Made by a program: the position numbers and the translations under genes. The notes below the pieces were generated by a model. It saw only the letters and a list, made by a program, of their open reading frames with translations, was not told the origin of the DNA and did no database searches. A DNA stretch of 64,000 bases from the human T2T-CHM13v2.0 reference genome, Homo sapiens. The stretch lies in NCBI RefSeq assembly GCF_009914755.1, contig NC_060928.1. One strand, given 5' to 3'. Below, one piece after another: positions 1-12,700 of the stretch (the stretch's first letter is position 1; the number at the start of each line of letters is the position of its first letter).

Positions 1-72
1 ATACTTTGATATTTTATGTACAGAATATAGTTTGAGTACTTTGATATTTTATGTACACTTTATCATAAAAGT

Positions 73-1072
73 TTGGGTACTTTCATATTTTACGTACAGT
101 ATATAATACATACTTTGGGCACTTTGATGTTTTATGTACAGTATATAATACATACTTTGGGTTCTTTGATATGTTATGTACAGCATATAGTACATAATTT
201 GGGGACTTTTATATTTTATGTACATTATATAATACATACTTTGGGTACTTTTATATTTTATGTACGGTATATAATACATACTTTGGGTACTTTGGTATAT
301 TATGTACAGTATATAATACATACTTTGGGTACTTTGATATATTATGTACAGTATATAATACATACTTAGGGTACTTTGACATTTTATGTACAGTACATAA
401 TACATACTTTGGGTACTTTGATATTTTATGTACAGTATATAATACATACTTTGGGTACTTTGATATTTTATGTACAGTATATAATACATGTTTTGGGTAC
501 TTTTACATTTTATGTACAGTATATAATATATAGTTTGGGTACTTTGATATTTTATGTACGGTATATAATACATACTTTGGGTACTCTGATATTTTATGTA
601 CAGTATATAATACATACTTTGGGTACTTTGATAATTTATGTACAGTATATAATACATACTTTGGGTACTTTGATATTTAATGTACAGTATATAATACACA
701 CTTTGCGTACTTTGATATTTTATGTAAAGTATGTAATACATACTTTGGGTACTTTGATATTTTATGTACAGTATGTAATACACGCTTTGGGTACTTTGAT
801 ATTTTATGTAGAGTATGTAAAACATACTTTGGGTAGTTTGGTATTTTATGATCAGTATATAATACATATTTTGGGTACTTTGATATTTTATGTACAGTAT
901 ATAATACATATTATTGGTACTTTGATATTTTATGTACAGTATACAATATATAGTTTGAGTACTTTGATATTTTATGTCCAGTATAAAATACATAGATTTC
1001 ATACTTTGATATTTTATGTACAGAATATAGTTTGAGTACTTTGATATTTTATGTACACTTTATCATAAAAGT
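73..1072 (+). repeat. 1000-bp (24-monomer) unit; further copies at 36860-37859 and 46300-47299
   Basis: Identical 317-aa and 219-aa ORF translations at offsets 36787 and 46227; shared GTACTCTGAT and ATATTATTGG variants. Confidence 0.9.
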
Positions 1073-1078
1073 TTGGGT
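1003..1078 (+). repeat. Punctuation cassette (example of ~81 copies): 35-bp truncated monomer (...CAGWATATAGTTTGAGT) followed by a 41-bp variant monomer (...CASTTTATYATAAAWGTTTGGGT)
   Basis: Directly readable: 1003-1037 (35 bp) and 1038-1078 (41 bp). It recurs just before 73, 1073, 2829, 3451, 4366, 4779, 6325, 6779, 7650, 8063 and so on to 63644. Spacings are 42n-8 bp plus small marker indels. Confidence 0.92.
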
Positions 1079-4000
1079 ACTTTCATATTTTACGTACAGT
1101 ATATAATACATACTTTGGGCACTTTGATGTTTTATGTACAGTATATAATACATACTTTGGGTCCTTTGATATGTTATGTACAGCATATAGTACATAATTT
1201 GGGGACTTTTATATTTTATGTACATTATATAATACATACTTTGGGTACTTTTATATTTTATGTACGGTATATAATACATACTTTGGGTACTTTGATATAT
1301 TATGTACAGTATATAATACATACTTTGGGTACTTTGATATATTATGTACAGTATATAATACATACTTAGGGTACTTTGACATTTTATGTACAGTACATAA
1401 TACATACTTTGGGTACTTTGATATTTTATGTACAGTATATAATACATACTTTGGGTACTTTGATATTTTATGTACAGTATATAATACATGTTTTGGGTAC
1501 TTTTACATTTTATGTACAGTATATAATATATAGTTTGGGTACTTTGATATTTTATGTACGGTATATAATACATACTTTGGGTACTTTGATATTTTATGTA
1601 CAGTATATAATACATACTTTGGGTACTTTGATATTTTATGTACAGTATATAATACATACTTTGGGTACTTTGATATTTAATGTACAGTATATAATACACA
1701 CTTTGCGTACTTTGATATTTTATGTAAAGTATGTAATACATACTTTGGGTACTTTGATATTTTATGTACAGTATGTAATACACGCTTTGGGTACTTTGAT
1801 ATTTTATGTAGAGTATGTAAAACATACTTTGGGTAGTTTGGTATTTTATGATCAGTATATAATACATATTTTGGGTACTTTGATATTTTATGTACAGTAT
1901 ATAATACCTACTTTGGGTACTTTGATATTTTATGTACAGTATATAATGCATAATTTGGGTACTTCAATAGTATATGCACAGTATATAATACATACTTTGG
2001 GTAATTTGATATTTTATGTACAGTATATAATGCATACTTTGGGTACTTTGATAGTTTATGTACAGTATACAATACATACTTTAGGTACTTTGATATTTTA
2101 TGTACAGTATATAATATGTAGTTTGGGTACTTTGATATTTTAACTACAGTATATAATACATACTTTGGGTACTTTGATATTTTATCTACAGTATATAATA
2201 GATACTTTGGGTACTTTGATATATTATGTACAGTATATAATACATAGTTTGGTTACTTTGATATTTTTTGTACAGTATGTAAAACATACTTTGGGGAGTT
2301 TGATATTTTATGAACAGTATATAATACACATTTTGGGTACTTTGATATTTTATGTACGGTATATAATACATACTTTGTGTACTTTGATATTTTATGTACA
2401 GTATATAATTCATACTTTGGGTACTTTGATATTTTATGTACAGTATATAATACATACTTTGGGTACTTTGATATTTTATGAACAGTATATAATACATACT
2501 TTGGGTACTTTGATATTTTATGTACTGTATATAATACATACTTTGGGTACTTTTATATTTTATGTACAGTATATAATATATAGTTTGGGTACTTTGATAT
2601 TTTATGTACGGTATATAATACATACTTTGGGTACTTTGATATTTTATGTATAGTATATAATACATACTAAGCGCACTTTGATATTTTATGTACAGTATAT
2701 AATACATACTTTGGTTACTCTGATATTTTATGTACAGTGTATAATACATACTTTGGGTACTTTGATATTTTATGTATAGTATATAGTTTGAGTACTTTTA
2801 TATTTTATGTACAGTTTTTTATAAATATTTGGGTGCTTTCATATTTTATGTACAGTATATAATACATACTAAGCGCACTTTGATATTTTATGTACAGTAT
2901 ATAATACATACTTTGGTTACTCTGATATTTTATGTACAGTGTATAATACATACTTTGGGTACTTTGATATTTTATGTACAATATATAATACATACGTTGG
3001 GAACTTTGATATATTATGTACATTATATAATTCATACTTTGCGTACTTTGATATTTTATGTACAGTATATAATACATAGTTTGTGTACTTTGATATTTTA
3101 TGTACAGTATATAATACATACTTTGGGTACTTTGATATTTTATATACAGTATATAATACATACTTTGGGTACTTTCATATTTTATGTACAGTATATAATA
3201 TATAGTTTGGGTACTTTGATATTTTATCTACAGCTTATAATACATACTTTGGGTACTTTGATATTTTATATACAGTATATAATACATACTTTGGGTAGTT
3301 TGATATTTTATGTACAGTATACAATATATAGTTTGAGTACTTTGATATTTTATGTGCAGTATAAAATATATAGTTTTGGTACTTTGATATTTTATGTACA
3401 GTTTATAGTTTGAGTACTTTGATATTTTATGTACAGTTTATTATAAATGTTTGGGTACTTTCATATTTGATGTACAGTATTTAATACATAATTTGGGCAC
3501 TTTGATATTTTATGTACAGTATATAATACATACTTTGGGTACTTTTCTATTTTATGCACAGTATATAATACATACTTTGTTTACTTTGATATTTAATGTA
3601 CAGTATATAATACACAGTTTGCGTACTTTGATATTTTATGTAAAGCATGTAATACATAATTTGGGCAGTTTGATATTTTATGTACAGTATGTAATACACA
3701 CTTTGGATACTTTGATATTTTATGTACAGTATGTAAAACATACTTTGGGTAGTTTGATATATTATGTACAGTATATAATGCATACTTTGGGTACTCTGAT
3801 ATTTTATGTACAGTGTATAATACGTACTTTGGGTACTTTGATATTTTATGTACAGTATATAATACATACATTGGGTACTTTGATATATTATGTACAGTAT
3901 ATAATACTTACTTGGGGTACTTTGATATTTTATGTACAGTATATAATACATACTTTGTGTACTTTGATATTTTATGTACAGTATATAATACATACTTTGG

Positions 4001-4778
4001 GTACTTTGATATTTTATGTACAGTATATAATACATACTTTGGGTATCTTGATATTTTATGTACAGCATATAATGCATACTTTGGGTACTTTGATATTTTA
4101 TGTACAGTATATAATGCATACTTTGAGTACTTTGATATTTTATGTACAGTATGTAATACATACTTTGGGTACTTTGATATTTTATGTATAGTATATAATA
4201 CATACTTTGTGTAGTTTGATATTTTATGTACAGTATACAATATATAGTTTGAGTACTTTGATATTTTATGTCCAGTATAAAATGTATAGTTTTCCTAATT
4301 GATATTTTATGTACAGAATATAGTTTGAGTACTTTGATATTTTATGTACACTTTATTATAAATGTTTGGGTACTTTCATATTTTATGTACAGTATATAAT
4401 ACATACTTTGGTCTCTTTGATGTTTTATGTACAGTATATAATACATACTTTGGGTTCTTTGATATTTTATGTGCAGAATATAATGCATAGTTTTAGGTAC
4501 TTTTATATTTTATGTACAGTATATAATACATACTTTGGGTACTTTGATATTTTATGTACAGTATATAATACATACTTTGGGAACTTTGATATTTTATGTA
4601 CAGTATGTAATACATACTTTGGGTACTTTGATATTTTATGTACAGTATACAATATATAGTTTGAGTACTTTGATATTTTATGTCCAGTATAAAATACATA
4701 GATTTCATACTTTGATATTTTATGTACAGAATATAGTTTGAGTACTTTGATATTTTATGTACACTTTATCATAAAAGT
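1073..4778 (+). repeat. 3706-bp higher-order unit (blocks 1756+622+915+413); copies at 37860-41565 and 47300-51005
   Basis: Shared private variants GGGTCCTTTG, ATACCTACT, CTAAGCGCAC and TTTCCTAATTG at constant offsets; near-identical ORF translations. Confidence 0.9.
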
Positions 4779-7700
4779 TTGGGTACTTTCATATTTTACG
4801 TACAGTATATAATACATACTTTGGGCACTTTGATGTTTTATGTACAGTATATAATACATACTTTGGGTTCTTTGATATGTTATGTACAGCATATAATACA
4901 TAATTTGGGGACTTTTATATTTTATGTACATTATATAATACATACTTTGGGTACTTTTATATTTTATGTACGGTATATAATACATACTTTGGGTACTTTG
5001 ATATATTATGTACAGTATATAATACATACTTTGGGTACTTTGATATATTATGTACAGTATATAATACATACTTAGGGTACTTTGACATTTTATGTACAGT
5101 ACATAATACATACCTTGGGTACTTTGATATTTTATGTACAGTATATAATACATACTTTGGGTACTTTGATATTTTATGTACAGTATATAATACATGTTTT
5201 GGGTACTTTTATATTTTATGTACAGTATATAATATATAGTTTGGGTACTTTGATATTTTATGTACGGTATATAATACATACTTTGGGTACTTTGATATTT
5301 TATGTTCAGTATATAATACATACTTTGGGTACTTTGATATTTTATGTAAAGTATATAATACATACTTTGGGTACTTTGATATTTAATGTACAGTATATAA
5401 TACACACTTTGCGTACTTTGATATTTTATGTAAAGTATGTAATACATACTTTGGGTACTTTGATATTTTATGTACAGTATGTAATACACGCTTTGGGTAC
5501 TTTGATATTTTATGTAGAGTATGTAAAACATACTTTGGGTAGTTTGGTATTTTATGATCAGTATATAATACATATTTTGGGTACTTTGATATTTTATGTA
5601 CAGTATATAATACATACTTTGGGTACTTTGATATTTTATGTACAGTATATAATGCATAATTTGGGTACTTCAATAGTTTATGCACAGTATATAATACATA
5701 CTTTGGGTAATTTGATATTTTATGTACAGTATATAATGCATACTTTGGGTACTTTGATAGTTTATGTACAGTATACAATACATACTTTGGGTACTTTGAT
5801 ATTTTATGTACAGTATATAATATGTAGTTTGGGTACTTTGATATTTTAACTACAGTATATAATACATACTTTGGGTACTTGGATATTTTATCTACAGTAT
5901 ATAATAGATACTTTGGGTACTTTGATATATTATGTACAGTATATAATACATAGTTTGGTTACTTTGATATTTTTTGTACAGTATGTAAAACATAGTTTGG
6001 GGAGTTTGATATTTTATGAACAGTATATAATACACATTTTGGGTACTTTGATATTTTATGTACGGTATATAATACATACTTTGGGTACTTTGATATTTTA
6101 TGTACAGTATATAATTCATACTTTGGGTACTTTGATATTTTATGTACAGTATATAATACATACATTGGGTACTTCGATATTTTATGTGCAGTACCCTATA
6201 TATAGTTTGGGTACTTTGATATTTTATGTCCAGTATAAAATAAATAGTTTTGGTACTTTGATATTTTATATACAGTATATAGTTTGAGTACTTTGATATT
6301 TAATGTTCAGTTTATTATAAATGTTTGGGTGCTTTCATATTTTATATACAGTATATAATACATACTTTGGGCACTTTGATATTTTCTGTACAGTATATAA
6401 TACATACTTTGGGTACTTTGATATTTTATGTACGGTATATAATACATACATTGGGTACTTTGATATTTTATGTACAGTATATAATATATAGTTTGGTTAC
6501 TTTGATATTTTATATATAGTATATAATATATATTATGTGTACTTTGATATATTATGTACAGTATATAATATATAGTATGGGTTGTTTGATATTTCATGTA
6601 CAGTATATAATATATAGTTTGGGTAGTTTGATATTTTTAGTACAGTATGTAATATATAGTTTGTTTTATTTGATATTTTATGTACAGTATACAATATATA
6701 GTATTGGTACTTTGATATTTCATGTAAAGTATATAGTTTGAGTACTTTGATATTTTATATGCAGTTTATTATAAATGTTTGGGTACCTTCATATTTTATG
6801 TACAGTATATAATACATACTTTGGGAACTTTTATTTTATGTGCAGTATATAATACATACTTTGGGTACTTTGATATTTCATGTACAGTATATAATACACA
6901 CTTTGGGTACTTTGATATTTTATGTACAGTATATAATACACACTTTGGGTACTTTGATATTTTATGTACAGTATATAATACATACTTTGGGTACTTTGAT
7001 GTATTATGTACAGTATATAATACATACTTTGGGTACTTTGATATTTTATGTACAGTATATAATACATACTTTGGGTACTTTGATATTTTATGTACAGTAT
7101 GTAATACACACTTTGGGTACTTTGATATTTTATGTACAGTATGTAAAACATACTTTGGGTAGTTTGATATATTATGTACAGTATATAATACATACTTTGG
7201 GTACTCTGATATTTTATGTACAGTGTATAATACATACTTTGGGTACTTTGATATTTTATGTACAGTATATAATACATACTTTGGGTACTTTGATATTTTA
7301 TGTACAGTATATAATACTTACTTGGGGTATCTTGATATTTTATGTACAGTATATAATGCATACTTTGGGTACTTTGATATTTTATGTACAGTATATAATG
7401 CATACTTTGAGTACTTTGATATTTTATGTACAGTATGTAATACATACTTTGGGTACTTTGATATTTTATGTATAGTATATAATACATACTTTGTGTAGTT
7501 TGATATTTTATGTACAGTATACAATATATAGTTTGAGTACTTTGATATTTTATGTCCAGTATAAAATATATAGTTTTCCTAATTGATATTTTATGTACAG
7601 AATATAGTTTGAGTACTTTGATATTTTATGTACACTTTATTATAAATGTTTGGGTAATTTCATATTTTATGTACAGTATATAATACATACTTTGGTCTCT

Positions 7701-8062
7701 TTGATGTTTTATGTACAGTATATAATACATACTTTGGGTTCTTTGATATTTTATGTGCAGAATATAATGCATAGTTTTAGGTACTTTTATATTTTATGTA
7801 CAGTATATAATACATACTTTGGGTACTTTGATATTTTATGTACAGTATATAATACATACTTTGGGTACTTTGATATTTTATGTACAGTATATAATACATA
7901 TTATTGGTACTTTGATATTTTATGTACAGTATACAATATATAGTTTGAGTACTTTGATATTTTATGTCCAGTATAAAATACATAGATTTCATACTTTGAT
8001 ATTTTATGTACAGAATATAGTTTCAGTACTTTGATATTTTATGTACACTTTATCATAAAAGT
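4779..8062 (+). repeat. 3284-bp higher-order unit (1546+454+871+413); second copy at 51006-54289
   Basis: Offset 46227. Both copies end in the rare TAGTTTCAGTACT cassette (ORF ending QNIVSVL at 7819 and 54046). Confidence 0.88.
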
Positions 8063-9714
8063 TTGGGTACTTTCATATTTTACGTACAGTATATAATACA
8101 TACTTTGGTCACTTTGATGTTTTATGTACAGTATATAATACATACTTTGGGTTCTTTGATATGTTATGTACAGCATATAGTACATAATTTGGGGACTTTT
8201 ATATTTTATGTACATTATATAATACATACTTTGGGTACTTTTATATTTTATGTACGGTATATAATACATACTTTGGGTACTTTGATATATTATGTACAGT
8301 ATATAATACATACTTTGCGTACTTTGATATATTATGTACAGTATATAATACATACTTAGGGTACTTTGACATTTTATGTGCAGTACATAATACATACTTT
8401 GGATACTTTGTTATTTTAAATACAGTATGTAATACATATTTTGGGTACTTTGATATTTTATGTACAGTATATAATACATACTTTGGTACTTTTATATTTC
8501 ATGTACAGTATATAATATATAGTTTGAGTACTTTGATATTTTATGTACAGTATATAATACATAGTTTGGGTATTTTGATATTTTATGTACAGTATATAAT
8601 ACATACTTTGGGTACTTTGATATTTTATGTACAGTATATAATATATAGTTTGGGTACTTTGATAATTTATGTGCAGTATATAACACATACTTTCGGTAGT
8701 TGGATATTTTATGTACAGTATATAATACATACTTTGGGTACTTCGATATTTGATGTACAGTATACTATATATAGTTTGGGTACTTTGATATTTTATGTCG
8801 GGTACAAAATAAATAGTTTTGGTACTTAGATATTTTATGTACAGTATATAGTTTGAGTACTTTGATATTTTATGTACAGTTTATTATTAATGGGTGCTTT
8901 CATATTTTATGTACAGTATATAATACATACTATGGGCACTTTGATATTTTATGTACAGTATATAATACATAATTTGGGTACTTTGATATTTTATATACAC
9001 TACATAATACATACTTTGGGTACTTTGATATTTTATGTACAGTACATAATATATAGTTTGGGTACTTTGATATTGTATGTGCAGTATATAACACATACTT
9101 TCGGTACTTGGATATTTTATGTACAGTATATAATACATAATTTGGGTACTTCCATATTTTATGTACAGTATGCTATATATACTTTGGGTACTTTGATATT
9201 TTATGTCCAGTATAAAATAAAAAGTTTTGGTAATTCGATATTTTATGTACAGTGTATCGTTTGAGTACTTTGATATTTTATGTACACTTTATTATAAATG
9301 TTTGGGTAATTTCATATTTTATGTACAGTATATAATACATACTTTGGTCTCTTTGATGTTTTATGTACAGTATATAATACATACTTTGGGTTCTTTGATA
9401 TTTTATGTGCAGAATATAATGCATAGTTTTAGGTACTTTTATATTTTATGTACAGTATATAATACATACTTTGGGTACTTTGATATTTTATGTACAGTAT
9501 ATAATACATACTTTGGGTACTTTGATATTTTATGTACAGTATATAATACATATTATTGGTACTTTGATATTTTATGTACAGTATACAATATATAGTTTGA
9601 GTACTTTGATATTTTATGTCCAGTATAAAATACATAGATTTCATACTTTGATATTTTATGTACAGAATATAGTTTGAGTACTTTGATATTTTATGTACAC
9701 TTTATCATAAAAGT
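8063..9714 (+). repeat. 1652-bp unit, a 4734-bp unit carrying an internal 3082-bp deletion
   Basis: The left part matches 54290 onward (offset 46227) and the right part matches 57690 onward (offset 49309); 4734-3082=1652. Confidence 0.88.
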
Positions 9715-12700
9715 TTGGGTACTTTCATATTTTACGTACAGTATATAATACATACTTTGGGCACTTTGATGTTTGATGTACAGTATATAATACATACTTT
9801 GGGTTCTTTGATATGTTATGTACAGCATATAGTACATAATTTGGGGACTTTTATATTTTATGTACATTATATAATACATACTTTGGGTACTTTTATATTT
9901 TATGTACGGTATATAATACATACTTTGGGTACTTTGGTATATTATGTACAGTATATAATACATACTTTGGGTACTTTGATATATTATGTACAGTATATAA
10001 TACATACTTAGGGTACTTTGACATTTTATGTACAGTACATAATACATACTTTGGGTACTTTGATATTTTATGTACAGTATATAATACATACTTTGGGTAC
10101 TTTGATATTTTATGTACAGTATATAATACATGTTTTGGGTACTTTTACATTTTATGTACAGTATATAATATATAGTTTGGGTACTTTGATATTTTATGTA
10201 CGGTATATAATACATACTTTGGGTACTTTGATATTTTATGTACAGTATATAATACATACTTTGGGTACTTTGATAATTTATGTACAGTATATAATACATA
10301 CTTTGGGTACTTTGATATTTAATGTACAGTATATAATACACACTTTGCGTACTTTGTTATTTTATGTAAAGTATGTAATACATACTTTGGGTACTTTGAT
10401 ATTTTATGTACAGTATGTAATACACGCTTTGGGTACTTTGATATTTTATGTAGAGTATGTAAAACATACATTGGGTAGTTTGTTATTTTATGATCAGTAT
10501 ATAATACATATTTTGGGTACTTTGATATTTTATGTACAGTATATAATACATACTTTGGGTACTTTCATATTTTATGTACAGTATATAATGCATAATTTGG
10601 GTACTTCAATAGTTTATGCACAGTATATAATACATACTTTGGGTAATTTGATATTTTATGTACAGTATATAATGCATACTTTGGGTACTTTGATAGTTTA
10701 TGTACAGTATACAATACATACTTTGGGTACTTTGATATTTTATGTACAGTATATAATATGTAGTTTGGGTACTTTGATATTTTAACTACAGTATATAATA
10801 CATACTTTGGGTACTTTGATATTTTATCTATAGTATATAATAGATACTTTGGGTACTTTGATATATTATGTACAGTATATAATACATAGTTTGGTTACTT
10901 TGATATTGTTTGTACAGTATGTAAAACATACTTTGGGGAGTTTGATATTTTATGAACAGTATATAATACACATTTTGGGTACTTTGATATTTTATGTACG
11001 GTATATAATACATACTTTGGGTACTTTGATATTTTATGTACAGTATATAGTTCATACTTTGGGTACTTTGATATTTTATGTACAGTATATAATACATACA
11101 TTGGGTACTTCGATATTTTATGTGCAGTACCCTATATATAGTTTGGGTACTTTGATATTTTATGTCCAGTATAAAATAAATAGTTTTGGTACTTTGATAT
11201 TTTATGTACAGTATATAGTTTGAGTACTTTGATATTTAATGTTCAGTTTATTATAAATGTTTTGGTGCTTTCATATTTTATATACAGTATATAATACATA
11301 CTTTGGGCACTTTGATATTTTCTGTACAGTATATAATACATACTTTGTGTACTTTGATATTTTATGTACGGTATATAATACATACATTGGGTACTTTGAT
11401 ATTTTATGTAAAGTATATAATATATAGTTTGGTTACTTTGATATTTTATATACAGTATATAATATATATTATGTGTACTTTGATATATTATGTACAGTAT
11501 ATAATATATAGTATGGGTTGTTTGATATTTTATGTACAGTATATAATATATAGTTTGGGTAGTTTGATATTTTTAGTACAGTATGTAATATATAGTTTGT
11601 TTTATTTGATATTTTATGTACAGTATACAATATATAGTATTGGTACTTTCATATTTCATGTAAAGTATATAGTTTGAGTACTTTGATATTTTATATGCAG
11701 TTTATTATAAATGTTTGGGTACCTTCATATTTTATGTACAGTATATAATACATACTTTGGGAACTTTTATTTTATGTGCAGTATATAATACATACTTTGG
11801 GTACTTTGATATTTCATGTACAGTATATAATACACACTTTGGGTACTTTGATATTTTATGTACAGTATATAATACACACTTTGGGTAGTTTGATATTTTA
11901 TGTACAGTATATAATACATACTTTGGGTACTTTGATGTATTATGTACAGTATATAATACATACTTTGGGTACTTTGATATTTTATGTACAGTATATAATA
12001 CATACTTTGGGTACTTTGATATTTTATGTACAGTATGTAATACATAATTTGGGTACTTTAATATTTTATGTATAGTATATAATACTTACTTTGGGTACTT
12101 TGATATTTTATGGACAGTGTATAATACATACTTTGGGTTCTTTGATATTTTATTTACAGTATATAACATATAGTTTGGGTACTTTGATATTTTATATACA
12201 GTATATAATACATACTTTGGGTACTTTGATATTTTATGTACAGTATATAATACATACTTTGGGTACTTTGATATTTCATGCACAGTATACAATATATAGT
12301 TTGAGTACTTTGATATTTTATGTACTGTATAAAATATATAGTTTTCGTACTTTGATATTTTATGTACAGTATATAGTTTGAGTACTTTGATATTTTATGT
12401 ACAGTTTGTTATAAATGTTTGGGTGCTTTCATATTTTATGTACAGTATATAATACATACTTTGGGCACTTTGATATCTTATGTACAGTATATAATACATA
12501 CTTTGGGTTCTCTGATATTTTCTGTACAGTGTATAATACATAATTTGGGTACTTTGATATTTTATGTACAGCATATAATACATACGTTGGGTACTTTGAT
12601 ATATTATGTACAGTATATAATACATACTTTGGGTACTTTGATATTTTATGTACAGTATATAATCCATAGTTTGTGTACTTTTATATTTTATGTACAGTAT

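Noticed and set aside
133-156. Intra-monomer inverted repeats (TATGTA-N10-TACATA; AGTAT-N7-ATACT) as hairpin or terminator
   Set aside because: Stems are only 5-6 bp and AT-rich, expected by chance at this composition and too weak to call.
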